NCBI GenBank assembly: GCA_947258875.1
Contig: CAMYKB010000001.1
Location: forward strand, 120,037-184,036
Source: an uncultured Gammaproteobacteria bacterium
GTDB taxonomy: Bacteria > Pseudomonadota > Gammaproteobacteria > CAMYKB01
DNA: 64,000 bases
Direction: 5' to 3'
Below the pieces are notes generated by a model, which saw only the letters and a program-made list of their open reading frames with translations, did not search any database and was not told where the DNA came from. Position 1 is the first letter of the stretch, and each line of letters starts with the position of its first letter. A program made the position numbers and the translations under genes. Below, piece after piece: positions 32,342 to 41,323 of this stretch.

Positions 32342-32611
32342 TTTTGATCTTTACCCCCTTAGGCGCGTGTCCGAGCATCGTAAAGTTTTGGCTGGGAGCC
32401 TGAAAGGGCGCGCGAGGGATCGCGCGCGTCGTTCGCCAGCACAGGGAAGTGCTGTCGAACGACCTCGGAGCCAAAACTGCGAAGCACAGTGGCCTTGAGC
32501 GGCTCCGGGGCGGCATTTTCTTTGGGTACTTTCTTTGCTGCTGTTGGCAAAGAAAGTACCTCGCCCGCGGGTGCGAATACCCGCATATAACAATCGTCGC
32601 GTTAGCGACAC
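32342..32611 (-). repeat. Structured ~270-nt repeat element, copy B (inverted relative to copy A)
   Basis: The minus strand reads GTGTCGCTAACGCGACGATTGTTATATGCGGGTATTCGCACCCGCGGGCGAGGTACTTTCTTTG...CAAAGAAAGTACCCAAAGAAAA. Confidence 0.75.
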
Positions 32612-32638
32612 ACTAAAAGCCACTAAAATATTATTCAC

Positions 32639-32665
32639 TGGATACCCGCCTGCGCGGGTATGACG
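32639..32665 (-). repeat. CGTC-type REP-like palindrome
   Basis: Minus strand CGTCATACCCGCGCAGGCGGGTATCCA. Confidence 0.7.
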
Positions 32666-32719
32666 ATTATTACTATCGGGTTACGCATCCACCCAGCCAA
32701 AAAATCAAACCCAGCAACC

Positions 32720-33202
32720 CTAGTGCAACATCTGCCCACTCGGCCTGCCCTCTGCAATCTCCTGCTGCGTCGCATCCCGCACATCAACCACATTTACGGT
32801 AAACACAATGGTTTTGCCAGCCAGGGGATGATTGCCGTCTACCGTGAGCTTACCGTCTTCGATTTTTGAGACGATGAAGGTCTTAACATCACCTGCATCA
32901 TTCTGAAACTCCACCTCGGCACCAATTTGATGGTATTGCTCCGGCACGTTGGCGATGTCGTCGGTAAACATCATTCCGGGATCCGGCTCGCCGAAGCCTT
33001 CTTCCGGCGACAGCAACACTTTGACCTCGTCGCCGGCGGTGCAACCCTCAAGCGCGGCCTCGATTTTCTCAAACATGCCACTATCTGCGCCATGGACATA
33101 GCTGATGGGCATATCGACCTGTTCTACAACCTCTCCGGTGGCCTCATTGTGGATACGATAGGTGAACTGGACGAACTTGTTTTTGCTGATCTGCTGCGAC
33201 AT
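32720..33202 (-). CDS. slyD: FKBP-type peptidyl-prolyl isomerase, SlyD-like, without His-rich tail
   Basis: SYVHG, LSPEEGFG and VDGNHPLAGKTIVF.V.V.DVRDAT..EI. Confidence 0.88.
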   Translation of the reverse strand: MSQQISKNKFVQFTYRIHNEATGEVVEQVDMPISYVHGADSGMFEKIEAALEGCTAGDEVKVLLSPEEGFGEPDPGMMFTDDIANVPEQYHQIGAEVEFQNDAGDVKTFIVSKIEDGKLTVDGNHPLAGKTIVFTVNVVDVRDATQQEIAEGRPSGQMLH

Positions 33203-33328
33203 GACGGCTCCGAATTGCTGAGCAACACATAATACCCTAGTCACAACACCTAAAAACAGACCGGGATGATCTGGCACACTGCAGCGATAGGAGTATCATA
33301 CGTGCCCTCGAAGCCACTAATACGGACT

Positions 33329-34066
33329 ATGCCATCACTCCTGCTCAGCCTGCCGATTGCCACCAGCATCTTCCAAAGCCTGGCGGCCCGTATTGTGGGA
33401 CTGTATGAGCAACAGCCTACACTTGCCCGCCACCGCACGGCGCCACCACAATTACTGGAAGGTATAGATCAGCTGCTGTCCATCGCCAGCCAGCTTGATA
33501 TGAGCCGTGATACTGCCGAGGCCGTGGCGCTCGAGGATGTAAGCCAGCTCGGGGAGTATGGTTTTAATCTCATTTCCGAACTTGAGGAATGGCTGAGTAA
33601 ACACGGTGACAAAGACGACCGGAAAGACATCAAGAAAATCGTGCTGGCAATCACTGACTGGGTGATCCGCCACGACGGCCAACTGCAGACACTGGAGCCG
33701 ATAATCGATGCCCTGGCCTTCGCCGCCAATAACACCAGCGATCCTGCCAAACTGACAGAACTCGCCGATTTCATGGGCAAGGTCGCCAACGCCTGCACCC
33801 CCGCTATCAAGAACGACCTGGAACAGACCAACCCTGGGCGGCCATGGCGAGTGTTACACCTCAATCAATGTATTACAGCCACCCGCACACATAACACCAA
33901 GCGGATGGAAGCGGCATATGATCAACTGGTAAAGACCTTGCCTCAGGATGCGCCGGCGTTTTTCGCCGAAGGCGTTCACGAAATGGATAAACTCGACTAT
34001 CCGCCACATGTCCGCGAGGTCGTGCAACGCTATTTTGACCGCTTTACGCGTCGCAGGATGAACTAG
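33329..34066 (+). CDS. Hypothetical alpha-helical protein
   Basis: Long ORF with host-like codon usage. Contains DALAFAAN, PGRPWRVLHLN..ITATRTH and LDYPPHVREV. Confidence 0.8.
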   Translation: MPSLLLSLPIATSIFQSLAARIVGLYEQQPTLARHRTAPPQLLEGIDQLLSIASQLDMSRDTAEAVALEDVSQLGEYGFNLISELEEWLSKHGDKDDRKDIKKIVLAITDWVIRHDGQLQTLEPIIDALAFAANNTSDPAKLTELADFMGKVANACTPAIKNDLEQTNPGRPWRVLHLNQCITATRTHNTKRMEAAYDQLVKTLPQDAPAFFAEGVHEMDKLDYPPHVREVVQRYFDRFTRRRMN

Positions 34067-34074
34067 GATGATAA

Positions 34075-34482
34075 ATGACTGACCAAATTGCCCGCGAATG
34101 GCTGGCACAGCACGCCGAGACCGCCAATAACCGGGACCATGCCGCTCACATGGCGATGATTTCTCAAAACGTAAAACTCTATGGGGTGCCTGATTTTGAT
34201 GTAATTGATTATGCAGGCTGGTCAGACCAGTGCCGGCATGAATTCAGTGAGGACCTCTTCAAACGAGTTTCATATAACGGCCTAAAAATGGTTGCTACAG
34301 CCGATCGTCGTGTCATGTTCAAAACCATCGAAAGGGTGGAAGGAACAGACGGCAGCATCAATCAGCACGGATTGGAAATCATTGTAGAACAGGAAGATGA
34401 CGGTATCTGGCGAGTTACCCAGGAACGTATCCTCACGGATGAAGAAACCGCGCACGATGACATTGCGTCTCACACACTCTGA
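34075..34482 (+). CDS. NTF2/SnoaL-like hypothetical protein
   Basis: Helix-then-beta pattern ending EQEDDGIWRVTQER. Starts 8 bp after the previous stop. Confidence 0.75.
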   Translation: MTDQIAREWLAQHAETANNRDHAAHMAMISQNVKLYGVPDFDVIDYAGWSDQCRHEFSEDLFKRVSYNGLKMVATADRRVMFKTIERVEGTDGSINQHGLEIIVEQEDDGIWRVTQERILTDEETAHDDIASHTL

Positions 34483-34583
34483 ACCACGCTTTAATTTACA
34501 TTTGTTTACATGACGTAACACCAACAATGCGCCGTGACAGTGTAGAGTACGCGCATTCTCATCAAACCAACAATAAGGCCGTC

Positions 34584-34667
34584 ATGGAAAACGCACTCAA
34601 CCAACTGCTACTCAGCGGGCTAGTCCTCGCCCTGCCAGTACTGACTTTCGTAGCCCTTTTTTCCTAG
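34584..34667 (+). CDS. Putative 27-aa single-TM small protein
   Basis: MENALNQLLLSGLVLALPVLTFVALFS* preceded by a TAAGG RBS. Confidence 0.45.
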   Translation: MENALNQLLLSGLVLALPVLTFVALFS

Positions 34668-34848
34668 AAGCTATCTTAAGAATACCTCTCGCTCGCCAAT
34701 AGGCTGTTGCAAATTGCACTGCGCATTGGCTAGGCCATAAACAAGACTGTATATTGCAGACATATTCGACAGGCCCTTATGCGCCTGCATCTTGTGCTTG
34801 AGCCAGGCCCGCTACAAACCCGTAACCTCAGCAGTCATGCGCAGATAT

Positions 34849-35184
34849 TTAATCAGCGCTTCTGGCCGGCATGATTTTGCCGAATACCGAGCTTGTCTGA
34901 AGCTCGATCACAATCGTTTCATGCAGCGGTATCTCGCCGGCCTTGATATGTGGCAGCAACTGCTCTGACACCTGCGTGATGATCAGCATACCCTGCCGAT
35001 CCTTATCTTTTTCATCCAGCCCGGCAGTATCCTTGCGCAATTGCATAATATAGTTGTGCAGCGTTTCTGCCTGCTCATCGACTGATAACGCCTTATAGGC
35101 GTCAGTGAAATCCAGGTGCAATTCGCTGCCCGAGAAATCCTCTTTCTCGACCACTCCGAACTTAAACGGCCCTTCGATTAGCAT
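34849..35184 (-). CDS. Hypothetical protein
   Basis: ATG 35184 follows a GGAG RBS. Contains DRQGML...EQLLPHI..GEIPL.ETI. Confidence 0.78.
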   Translation of the reverse strand: MLIEGPFKFGVVEKEDFSGSELHLDFTDAYKALSVDEQAETLHNYIMQLRKDTAGLDEKDKDRQGMLIITQVSEQLLPHIKAGEIPLHETIVIELQTSSVFGKIMPARSAD

Positions 35185-35432
35185 AATTCTACTCCGTATT
35201 GTTTGTAATTTCCCGGCGCAACCGCTATTGCTGGCTCCATACCAGGCTGACGAAAAAGCCTCAGGCAAGTGCGCGGCAAGGCAAAAATCGGCAAAAAAGC
35301 GCGGTTTTGCACAAGGAAGCGCTTATGTCGTGGAGCCCAAGGATGGGCGGCAACGACGTCACGTCAGAACATAAGCATTTTGAACCGATTTTTATCGCAG
35401 GATCGTGCCGCCTGAGGCTTTTCAACAGCTCG

Positions 35433-36056
35433 CTAGTCCTTGTAAATGGGTGTAATGGATACTTCATCACCGGGTTTAATGTCTTCGTCCAGGCTGGCAA
35501 ACTGCTTATTGACGGTGATTGTAACCCGGCCCTCTTGCAGGACCTGCTTCCATTCACTCCCGCGATCGCGCAACAGCGCCAGCAAATCAACGACCTGGCA
35601 CGCAGCGCCGGACAGTTCCAGTGTTTCCTGTTGCAGTCCTAACGCCTCGCCCAGAGTCGCAAAATAGATAACATTCACATTAAATGCGGCGCCGGCATCA
35701 GTACCGCCGCCTACCGCAACTATATCCTTATATTCCCGCCAGTTTTTTTCCCTGTTAACACCGAGCTCATGCAGGGTCTTCCAGGAATAGACACCGGTAT
35801 CATGGCCGTCACTAAAATACAGCCGTACCGCATAATTACCGGCGGGCTCAATACGTTCAATGTTAACATCCTGCTTACCGGTTACCCAATCGTTGTTAGC
35901 ACGCGCAACCTTAACTTCGGCTGCCGGCGAAAAAACCCGCAGATACTCACAGGGTAGTTCATGTTGCACGCCACCATAAAAAGCAACCTTGAGTACACGC
36001 GAATGTCGATCGAGATTAATCTCGGTCGGTACCAGCGTTGAGCTATTATTGGTCAT
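35433..36056 (-). CDS. DUF971 (GBBH-N-like) domain fused to a MoaD/ThiS ubiquitin-like domain
   Basis: LPCEYLRVFSPAAE, GNYAVRLYFSDGHDTGVYSW, then VIYFATLGE...VNKQFA...IKPGDEVSITP. Confidence 0.88.
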   Translation of the reverse strand: MTNNSSTLVPTEINLDRHSRVLKVAFYGGVQHELPCEYLRVFSPAAEVKVARANNDWVTGKQDVNIERIEPAGNYAVRLYFSDGHDTGVYSWKTLHELGVNREKNWREYKDIVAVGGGTDAGAAFNVNVIYFATLGEALGLQQETLELSGAACQVVDLLALLRDRGSEWKQVLQEGRVTITVNKQFASLDEDIKPGDEVSITPIYKD

Positions 36057-36247
36057 TGCAAAAAACATCCGACGCAGTGGCTATCAAGACGCCAATCTTA
36101 CCCGATTAACCTGACAATCAATCAGACGCTATTGAATTTTCAGGGCAGCTCTGGCTAATCCTAATCAGAGGTTCCTTAGCATTATACAGTGAGACGCGCG
36201 CACGAACCACGCGATAGCGGGGTTACCATGAATCTATTCTTGAATTG

Positions 36248-36757
36248 CTAGACGAATTTGTATCGTTCAAACGAAATGTGATCAATGGAGTTATTTTCCT
36301 CTACCTGGCGACTCATCCTGCGTATCATCATACGGGTAGGGGTAACATCACGAATCACCAGAATTACTCCCACCAGTTTGGTGTATTCACTATAGATCGG
36401 TTTCGCCGTACCGGCCACCGGAGTACGGTTGCCGAATCGGTCGATCAGGACATCAAGATTACCAAGACTGATGATTGTCTTCGCTTGCAGGCAGGCTGCT
36501 ACAGGATCGGGGCTGTGAAGACCGGTTTCCTCGTCAACCAGGACCAGCATTTCATGCAGGGAATGTTTGGCGGAGTCATCTGTAACGAAGCCAGTAAGTT
36601 GCCTGGCTGCTGAATTGGCGTATCGCAGCTTGCCGTTATTGTCCGTTACAAAAACCGCCTCATGCGGCGTATCAAAACGATAGTGCGCAAACTCACTGGA
36701 ATTAAAGAACGCCTCCAGTTCTTTGCAATTATCTAAGTACCCCAGTTGCTGAACCAT
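36248..36757 (-). CDS. Stand-alone PAS/PAC-domain protein
   Basis: EAVFVTDNNGKLRYANSAARQLTG and GVILVIRDVT. AGGGGG RBS before ATG 36757. Confidence 0.8.
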   Translation of the reverse strand: MVQQLGYLDNCKELEAFFNSSEFAHYRFDTPHEAVFVTDNNGKLRYANSAARQLTGFVTDDSAKHSLHEMLVLVDEETGLHSPDPVAACLQAKTIISLGNLDVLIDRFGNRTPVAGTAKPIYSEYTKLVGVILVIRDVTPTRMMIRRMSRQVEENNSIDHISFERYKFV

Positions 36758-37253
36758 AGTGACACCCCCTCGGACTATCAAGATGAGAGATCAACATCCA
36801 CTGTAGGGTACATATTCAATGTGCTCCTGCACATCTCAGTGCACAGGTATAACTCAATCGGAGCTAAATGAACAATCGGCAAGGCATGTTGCAAAAAAAC
36901 ACCCTCTGTTGTATGAGCTCAATTTTGCAAATGAAAACAGCTGTTTAAAATTTTTTTGGAAGAAACTTCCCAAATCCTATGAGGTAAATTTTCCGATAAA
37001 CGGTTGCAAGAAGCAGCATATCAATTCACCAAACTAGAATTGCATACGGCACGATTGTGGTGTCATTTTTTTGTCACTTACTAATAGTAGAGGATAAAAA
37101 ACTAACGTGATTGCTTGCGTATTTCAAATCTGAAAATCACGAGCAGGTTTTCGAACGCTGGTCTAAAACCGACCCCGACAAAGACCTCGCGCGTCAAGAG
37201 AATGTCCAAGCGCATAAAGGCGCGGCGCGCCACACGCATTACTGATATGATTC

Positions 37254-37877
37254 CTAGACTCTGTCCAGGCTGTAAACACCACAGGCTATCGCCATAGCGA
37301 CAAGTTCACTCAGTGATCCCGCTCCCATTTTTTCCATAACGCGGGCGCGATGCACTTCAATAGTACGCGGGCTTAGATTCAGCGCATCGGCTATCTCGCG
37401 GCTGGACTTACCCTCGATAACCAGCGCCATCACCTGTTGCTCACGCGGAGTGAGCTGACCATAAGCGAGGCCAATATCTTCAACCTCAGCCTCTTGTCTT
37501 CTCAATTCCACGTCCTTGGCAAGCGCTTCGCTAACCCTGTCAAGAAAAGCCTGATCATCAAATGGCTTTTCAAAGAAGTCTTCAGCACCACCCTTTAATG
37601 CCTTAACCGACATCGGTACATCGCCGTGCCCGGTGATAAAGATAATCGGAATCCGTATTAGCCTTTCAACAAGCGTTTCCTGCAACTCCAGTCCGGTCAT
37701 ATCAGGCATTTTAACATCCAGCACCAGGCAACCCGGTTGCTGGCGTTTGTAGGCTTCCAGAAATGCATCCGCCGAAGCATAGCTTTTGACATTATGACCC
37801 ACCGATTCCAGCAATAACTCAAGCGCGCTGCGCACGGCAGCGTCATCGTCTACAACATACACCGTGGACTCGTTCAT
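37254..37877 (-). CDS. FixJ-family response regulator (REC + LuxR HTH)
   Basis: VVDDD, LVLDVKMP, FITGHGDVPM, EKPF and LTPREQQV...LSPRTIEVHRARVMEKM. Confidence 0.95.
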   Translation of the reverse strand: MNESTVYVVDDDAAVRSALELLLESVGHNVKSYASADAFLEAYKRQQPGCLVLDVKMPDMTGLELQETLVERLIRIPIIFITGHGDVPMSVKALKGGAEDFFEKPFDDQAFLDRVSEALAKDVELRRQEAEVEDIGLAYGQLTPREQQVMALVIEGKSSREIADALNLSPRTIEVHRARVMEKMGAGSLSELVAMAIACGVYSLDRV

Positions 37878-37882
37878 ATTTA

Positions 37883-40800
37883 TCAGTTATTTGAAGCCAG
37901 AGGCAGCGTGAAATGGAATGCTGCGCCACCCACAGAAGTCTGTAGGGCCCACAAGCAGCCACTGTGCGCATCTATAATTGATCGGCTGATGGATAAGCCC
38001 ATCCCCATACCTTCGGATTTCGTTGTGTAAAATGGATCGAAAATTTTGCCATCATGTTCAGCATCCAGTCCCACGCCCGTATCTTCGACAGTCACCTGGA
38101 CAAGACCATCGCTATTTAGGTGCGTGCTAATTTTAATTTCACCACTTTCAGCTCCGTACATATGTATTGATTCAACACCATTGCGTATCAGATTTAGCAA
38201 TACCTGCTCGATCTGGATGCTGTCTGCCAACACCGGCAGTAGATCCTGCTGAAAATACAGTTGCAAACTAACATGACTCTTGCGCATATCAGCTGCCGCA
38301 AACTCGACAGTATCCTGGACAATATCGTTAACATTTACGAGTGTTTTCTGTGACTCTTGTTTACGCACAAAATCGCGGATGCGGCGGATGATATCACCGG
38401 CACGTTTTGACTGTGCTGATGTTTGCTTAAGTGCGTTGAGCAGCTTGTCGTTATTTACATTACCCGAATTAATCATCCGCAAACAGGCGTCACTATAGCT
38501 TGCAATCGCTGCCAGCGGCTGGTTTATTTCATGCGCCAGACCAGTAGCCATCTCTCCCATGGTACTGAGGCGTGCAACGTGAGCCAGCTCTGCCTGATGC
38601 AGTCTCACCTGCTCCTCAGCACTCCGATGTTCCGTAATGTCGGCCACGATTTCATAATAGCCACGAACTTCAGCTTCAGCACCGATGTCTGGAATATAGT
38701 CTGCGTGCACATAGCGTATTCCCGAACCACTAAAGTTGATTTGTTTTTCGTAACTAACCGTTTCCCCGGCGAGCGCAGACTCTATTTGATCGCGGATACT
38801 GTCATAGGCTTCATCGCCCAGCACTTCACGGACATGCCGCCCGATAATGTTAAATTGAGGATAGCCAAACCATTGTTCATACGCCTTATTATTGAAACGG
38901 TAACGCTGTTCCTTATCCACATACGAGATCAACGCCGGTAAGGCATCGGTCACCAGGCGCAACTGCTGCTCACTCTTGCGTAATGCCTCCTGCGCCTGTT
39001 TTGATTCCGTCACATCACTAATTACAGCAAAACTACCACGCGGCCTGCCATCCTCGCCAATTAGAAGCTGCGGTGAAATTTCCAGGTGGATGTTGACACC
39101 ATCAGGTCGCAAGAAATTGGTTTCATATGAATTCACCTCTTCGCCCTTTAGTTTGCGTTTAAGTAAATCCGGACATAAACAATTTTGTAGGTTCCTGGCC
39201 CGCTCCTTTACAGGGTGACCAATAATCTGCTGGCGCGCATAACCGGTGATCTCACAAAAGCGGTCATTCACATAGCGCAGAATCCCATGCTGATCCTGGA
39301 TGCCCAGCCCCTCATTCATGGTATCGATCAGTACCCGATAGCGTCGCTCACTGGCACGCAGCGCTGTCTCTGCTTCGCCATGCTCCAACTCCAGCGCGAT
39401 GCGTTTACCGAATATACCCAGTATAAAATCCGACCATGGACGTGTCGCCATCGGTTTGGTATCCATCACGACAACCAGTCCGACAATCTCTCCCGCTGAT
39501 GAGACCAACGGCGCACCAAAATAACTTTTTACGCCTAACTCCTCCAACACTTTATCCTGCGGGAAGCGCTCATGAGCCTTGTCCGCTATCAGGACACGTT
39601 TGTCCCTGAACACATTCTGACATGGCGTTCCTTCCAGATGGTACTCAAAATTATCCACGATCTCACCATTGCCTGATACCGCCAGTGTGCGTATCGATTT
39701 ACGTGTATGATCGGCGAATACACCAACGAAGGCATAAGGCGCATTGAATGAACGGGCAAGATTATTGACAGCGATGTTATAAAAATCATCACCCGAGAAT
39801 TGATAAGCGGATTCTGCCAACGCACTGAGTGCGGACTCCATCATTTTGCGATCGGTGATATCGTGCCATACAGCGATCACGCCCACCACCTCTCCGGCAG
39901 CTGCCCGGTGCGGCATTCGCGTAACATGGAATGTATGCATTGCACCATCGACGAGCTGCTGTTGTTCGACGCTGACGGCTTCACGCGTTTCGATTACCTG
40001 CTCCTCAGCATTCCTTGCCATAGCCGCCGCGTCTTGCTGCATAAAATCCTCATCGCTTTTTCCAGCCAAGGCATCACCGCTAACGCCTAGCATACGCTCA
40101 CAAGCCACATTCATCATAATGTAACGGCCCGCCAGGTCTTTCAACGCCAAGGCATCCTGCATACCATGAATCACCGAATTGAGTGAGGCATGGCTCTGTA
40201 GCACATCCTCCTCGGCACTTAACCTGCGCTTCTCTTGCTGGCGTATCAACCACAACGTAAACAGGCTCGTTAACAGGAAGCCGACAAACAGTACCAATGC
40301 CTGTAACCAACTTGAACGCCGTATGCCGTGATAAATATCTTCTCCCGGAATATCGGCCAACTGCCATAACGCGCCATGTATGGCTTCTGAATGTGAAATG
40401 GACGCAAGTTCCCTTTCATTGAGGAGGAACTCACGCTGCATCTTGTCTCGTGACCCTTGCGCACTGATTTCCACCAGGCCCGTACGCTCGCTGTTTAACA
40501 GTAGGAAGTCATGTCCTGCGATCTGCCTATTGGCCAGAATACCGGCTACGATGTCCGGCGGAAAACTCAGAAAAAATACGCCCTGATCACCGTTTGCTTG
40601 CAGCCACGGCACCATAATATCGATGTGGTAAGCGAGCGGGTTGGGGTGGACATAGACAGACTGCTCATATTCCTGCGCAACAAATCTACGAATATCATGC
40701 AGACAAACTTCTTCGATAATATTCTCGAAATCATCCAGATAAACCTCGCCTTTATCATCCGCGATGCTGAATGCGAGATAATCGGGGAAATAGCGCCTGA

Positions 40801-41125
40801 TTTTGTCTTCCAGTTGCATGCGTAGCACATCATCTTCCGGCGCATTTGCAACGCGCGCCAGCAACCCGGATTGTTCACCTGAAAACACGCTTACGGATCT
40901 GCGCAAGTCGCGCAGGGTCCGGCTAATTTCATTCGCTGCACCCTGCAGCAAGGTTGTGGCGATTTGCTGGTCATTCCGCTCATAATTGGCGGTGCGCATA
41001 ATAGCCTGCCATATAAGAAGACATCCAATGAGGATCGGTATGAGAATAAAATATAGCAGCGGGTAATCGGTAACCGATTTATTCCCGTGATGCCTTGTCG
41101 TGGTGTGGGTTGAGGCTTGATTCAT
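37883..41125 (-). CDS. Multi-sensor FixL-like histidine kinase (periplasmic Cache-like, PAS, GAF, PAS, PAS)
   Basis: Two TMs, PAS motifs, GAF (LEGTPC...SYFGAPL), H-box MGEMATGLAHEINQPL and FYTTKSEGMGMGLSI. Confidence 0.93.
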   Translation of the reverse strand: MNQASTHTTTRHHGNKSVTDYPLLYFILIPILIGCLLIWQAIMRTANYERNDQQIATTLLQGAANEISRTLRDLRRSVSVFSGEQSGLLARVANAPEDDVLRMQLEDKIRRYFPDYLAFSIADDKGEVYLDDFENIIEEVCLHDIRRFVAQEYEQSVYVHPNPLAYHIDIMVPWLQANGDQGVFFLSFPPDIVAGILANRQIAGHDFLLLNSERTGLVEISAQGSRDKMQREFLLNERELASISHSEAIHGALWQLADIPGEDIYHGIRRSSWLQALVLFVGFLLTSLFTLWLIRQQEKRRLSAEEDVLQSHASLNSVIHGMQDALALKDLAGRYIMMNVACERMLGVSGDALAGKSDEDFMQQDAAAMARNAEEQVIETREAVSVEQQQLVDGAMHTFHVTRMPHRAAAGEVVGVIAVWHDITDRKMMESALSALAESAYQFSGDDFYNIAVNNLARSFNAPYAFVGVFADHTRKSIRTLAVSGNGEIVDNFEYHLEGTPCQNVFRDKRVLIADKAHERFPQDKVLEELGVKSYFGAPLVSSAGEIVGLVVVMDTKPMATRPWSDFILGIFGKRIALELEHGEAETALRASERRYRVLIDTMNEGLGIQDQHGILRYVNDRFCEITGYARQQIIGHPVKERARNLQNCLCPDLLKRKLKGEEVNSYETNFLRPDGVNIHLEISPQLLIGEDGRPRGSFAVISDVTESKQAQEALRKSEQQLRLVTDALPALISYVDKEQRYRFNNKAYEQWFGYPQFNIIGRHVREVLGDEAYDSIRDQIESALAGETVSYEKQINFSGSGIRYVHADYIPDIGAEAEVRGYYEIVADITEHRSAEEQVRLHQAELAHVARLSTMGEMATGLAHEINQPLAAIASYSDACLRMINSGNVNNDKLLNALKQTSAQSKRAGDIIRRIRDFVRKQESQKTLVNVNDIVQDTVEFAAADMRKSHVSLQLYFQQDLLPVLADSIQIEQVLLNLIRNGVESIHMYGAESGEIKISTHLNSDGLVQVTVEDTGVGLDAEHDGKIFDPFYTTKSEGMGMGLSISRSIIDAHSGCLWALQTSVGGAAFHFTLPLASNN

Positions 41126-41323
41126 TCAGGAATACTGACGCATGCACACTAAGACAATAGCCCTTAATCTACTGATTTGGCGGTAAACATTAAATTGAAT
41201 GGATGCTCCAGTCATGCTCAGTACTCGCCAGCAGATTCGGGTTAACAGCATTAATCCTTATAATATCTATAGAATAGTGGTTTCCCAAACAAGATTCACC
41301 TCAGAAAAAGCCGCACTACTATA

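Noticed and set aside
30600-32665. CRISPR array or integron attC array
   Set aside because: No regularly spaced identical repeats and no cas or intI genes. The repeats are inverted, heterogeneous and lack clear RYYYAAC/GTTRRRY ends.
37883-41125. Naming the kinase/regulator pair fixL/fixJ
   Set aside because: The kinase core is FixL-like, but no heme-PAS signature was recognised and the architecture differs.
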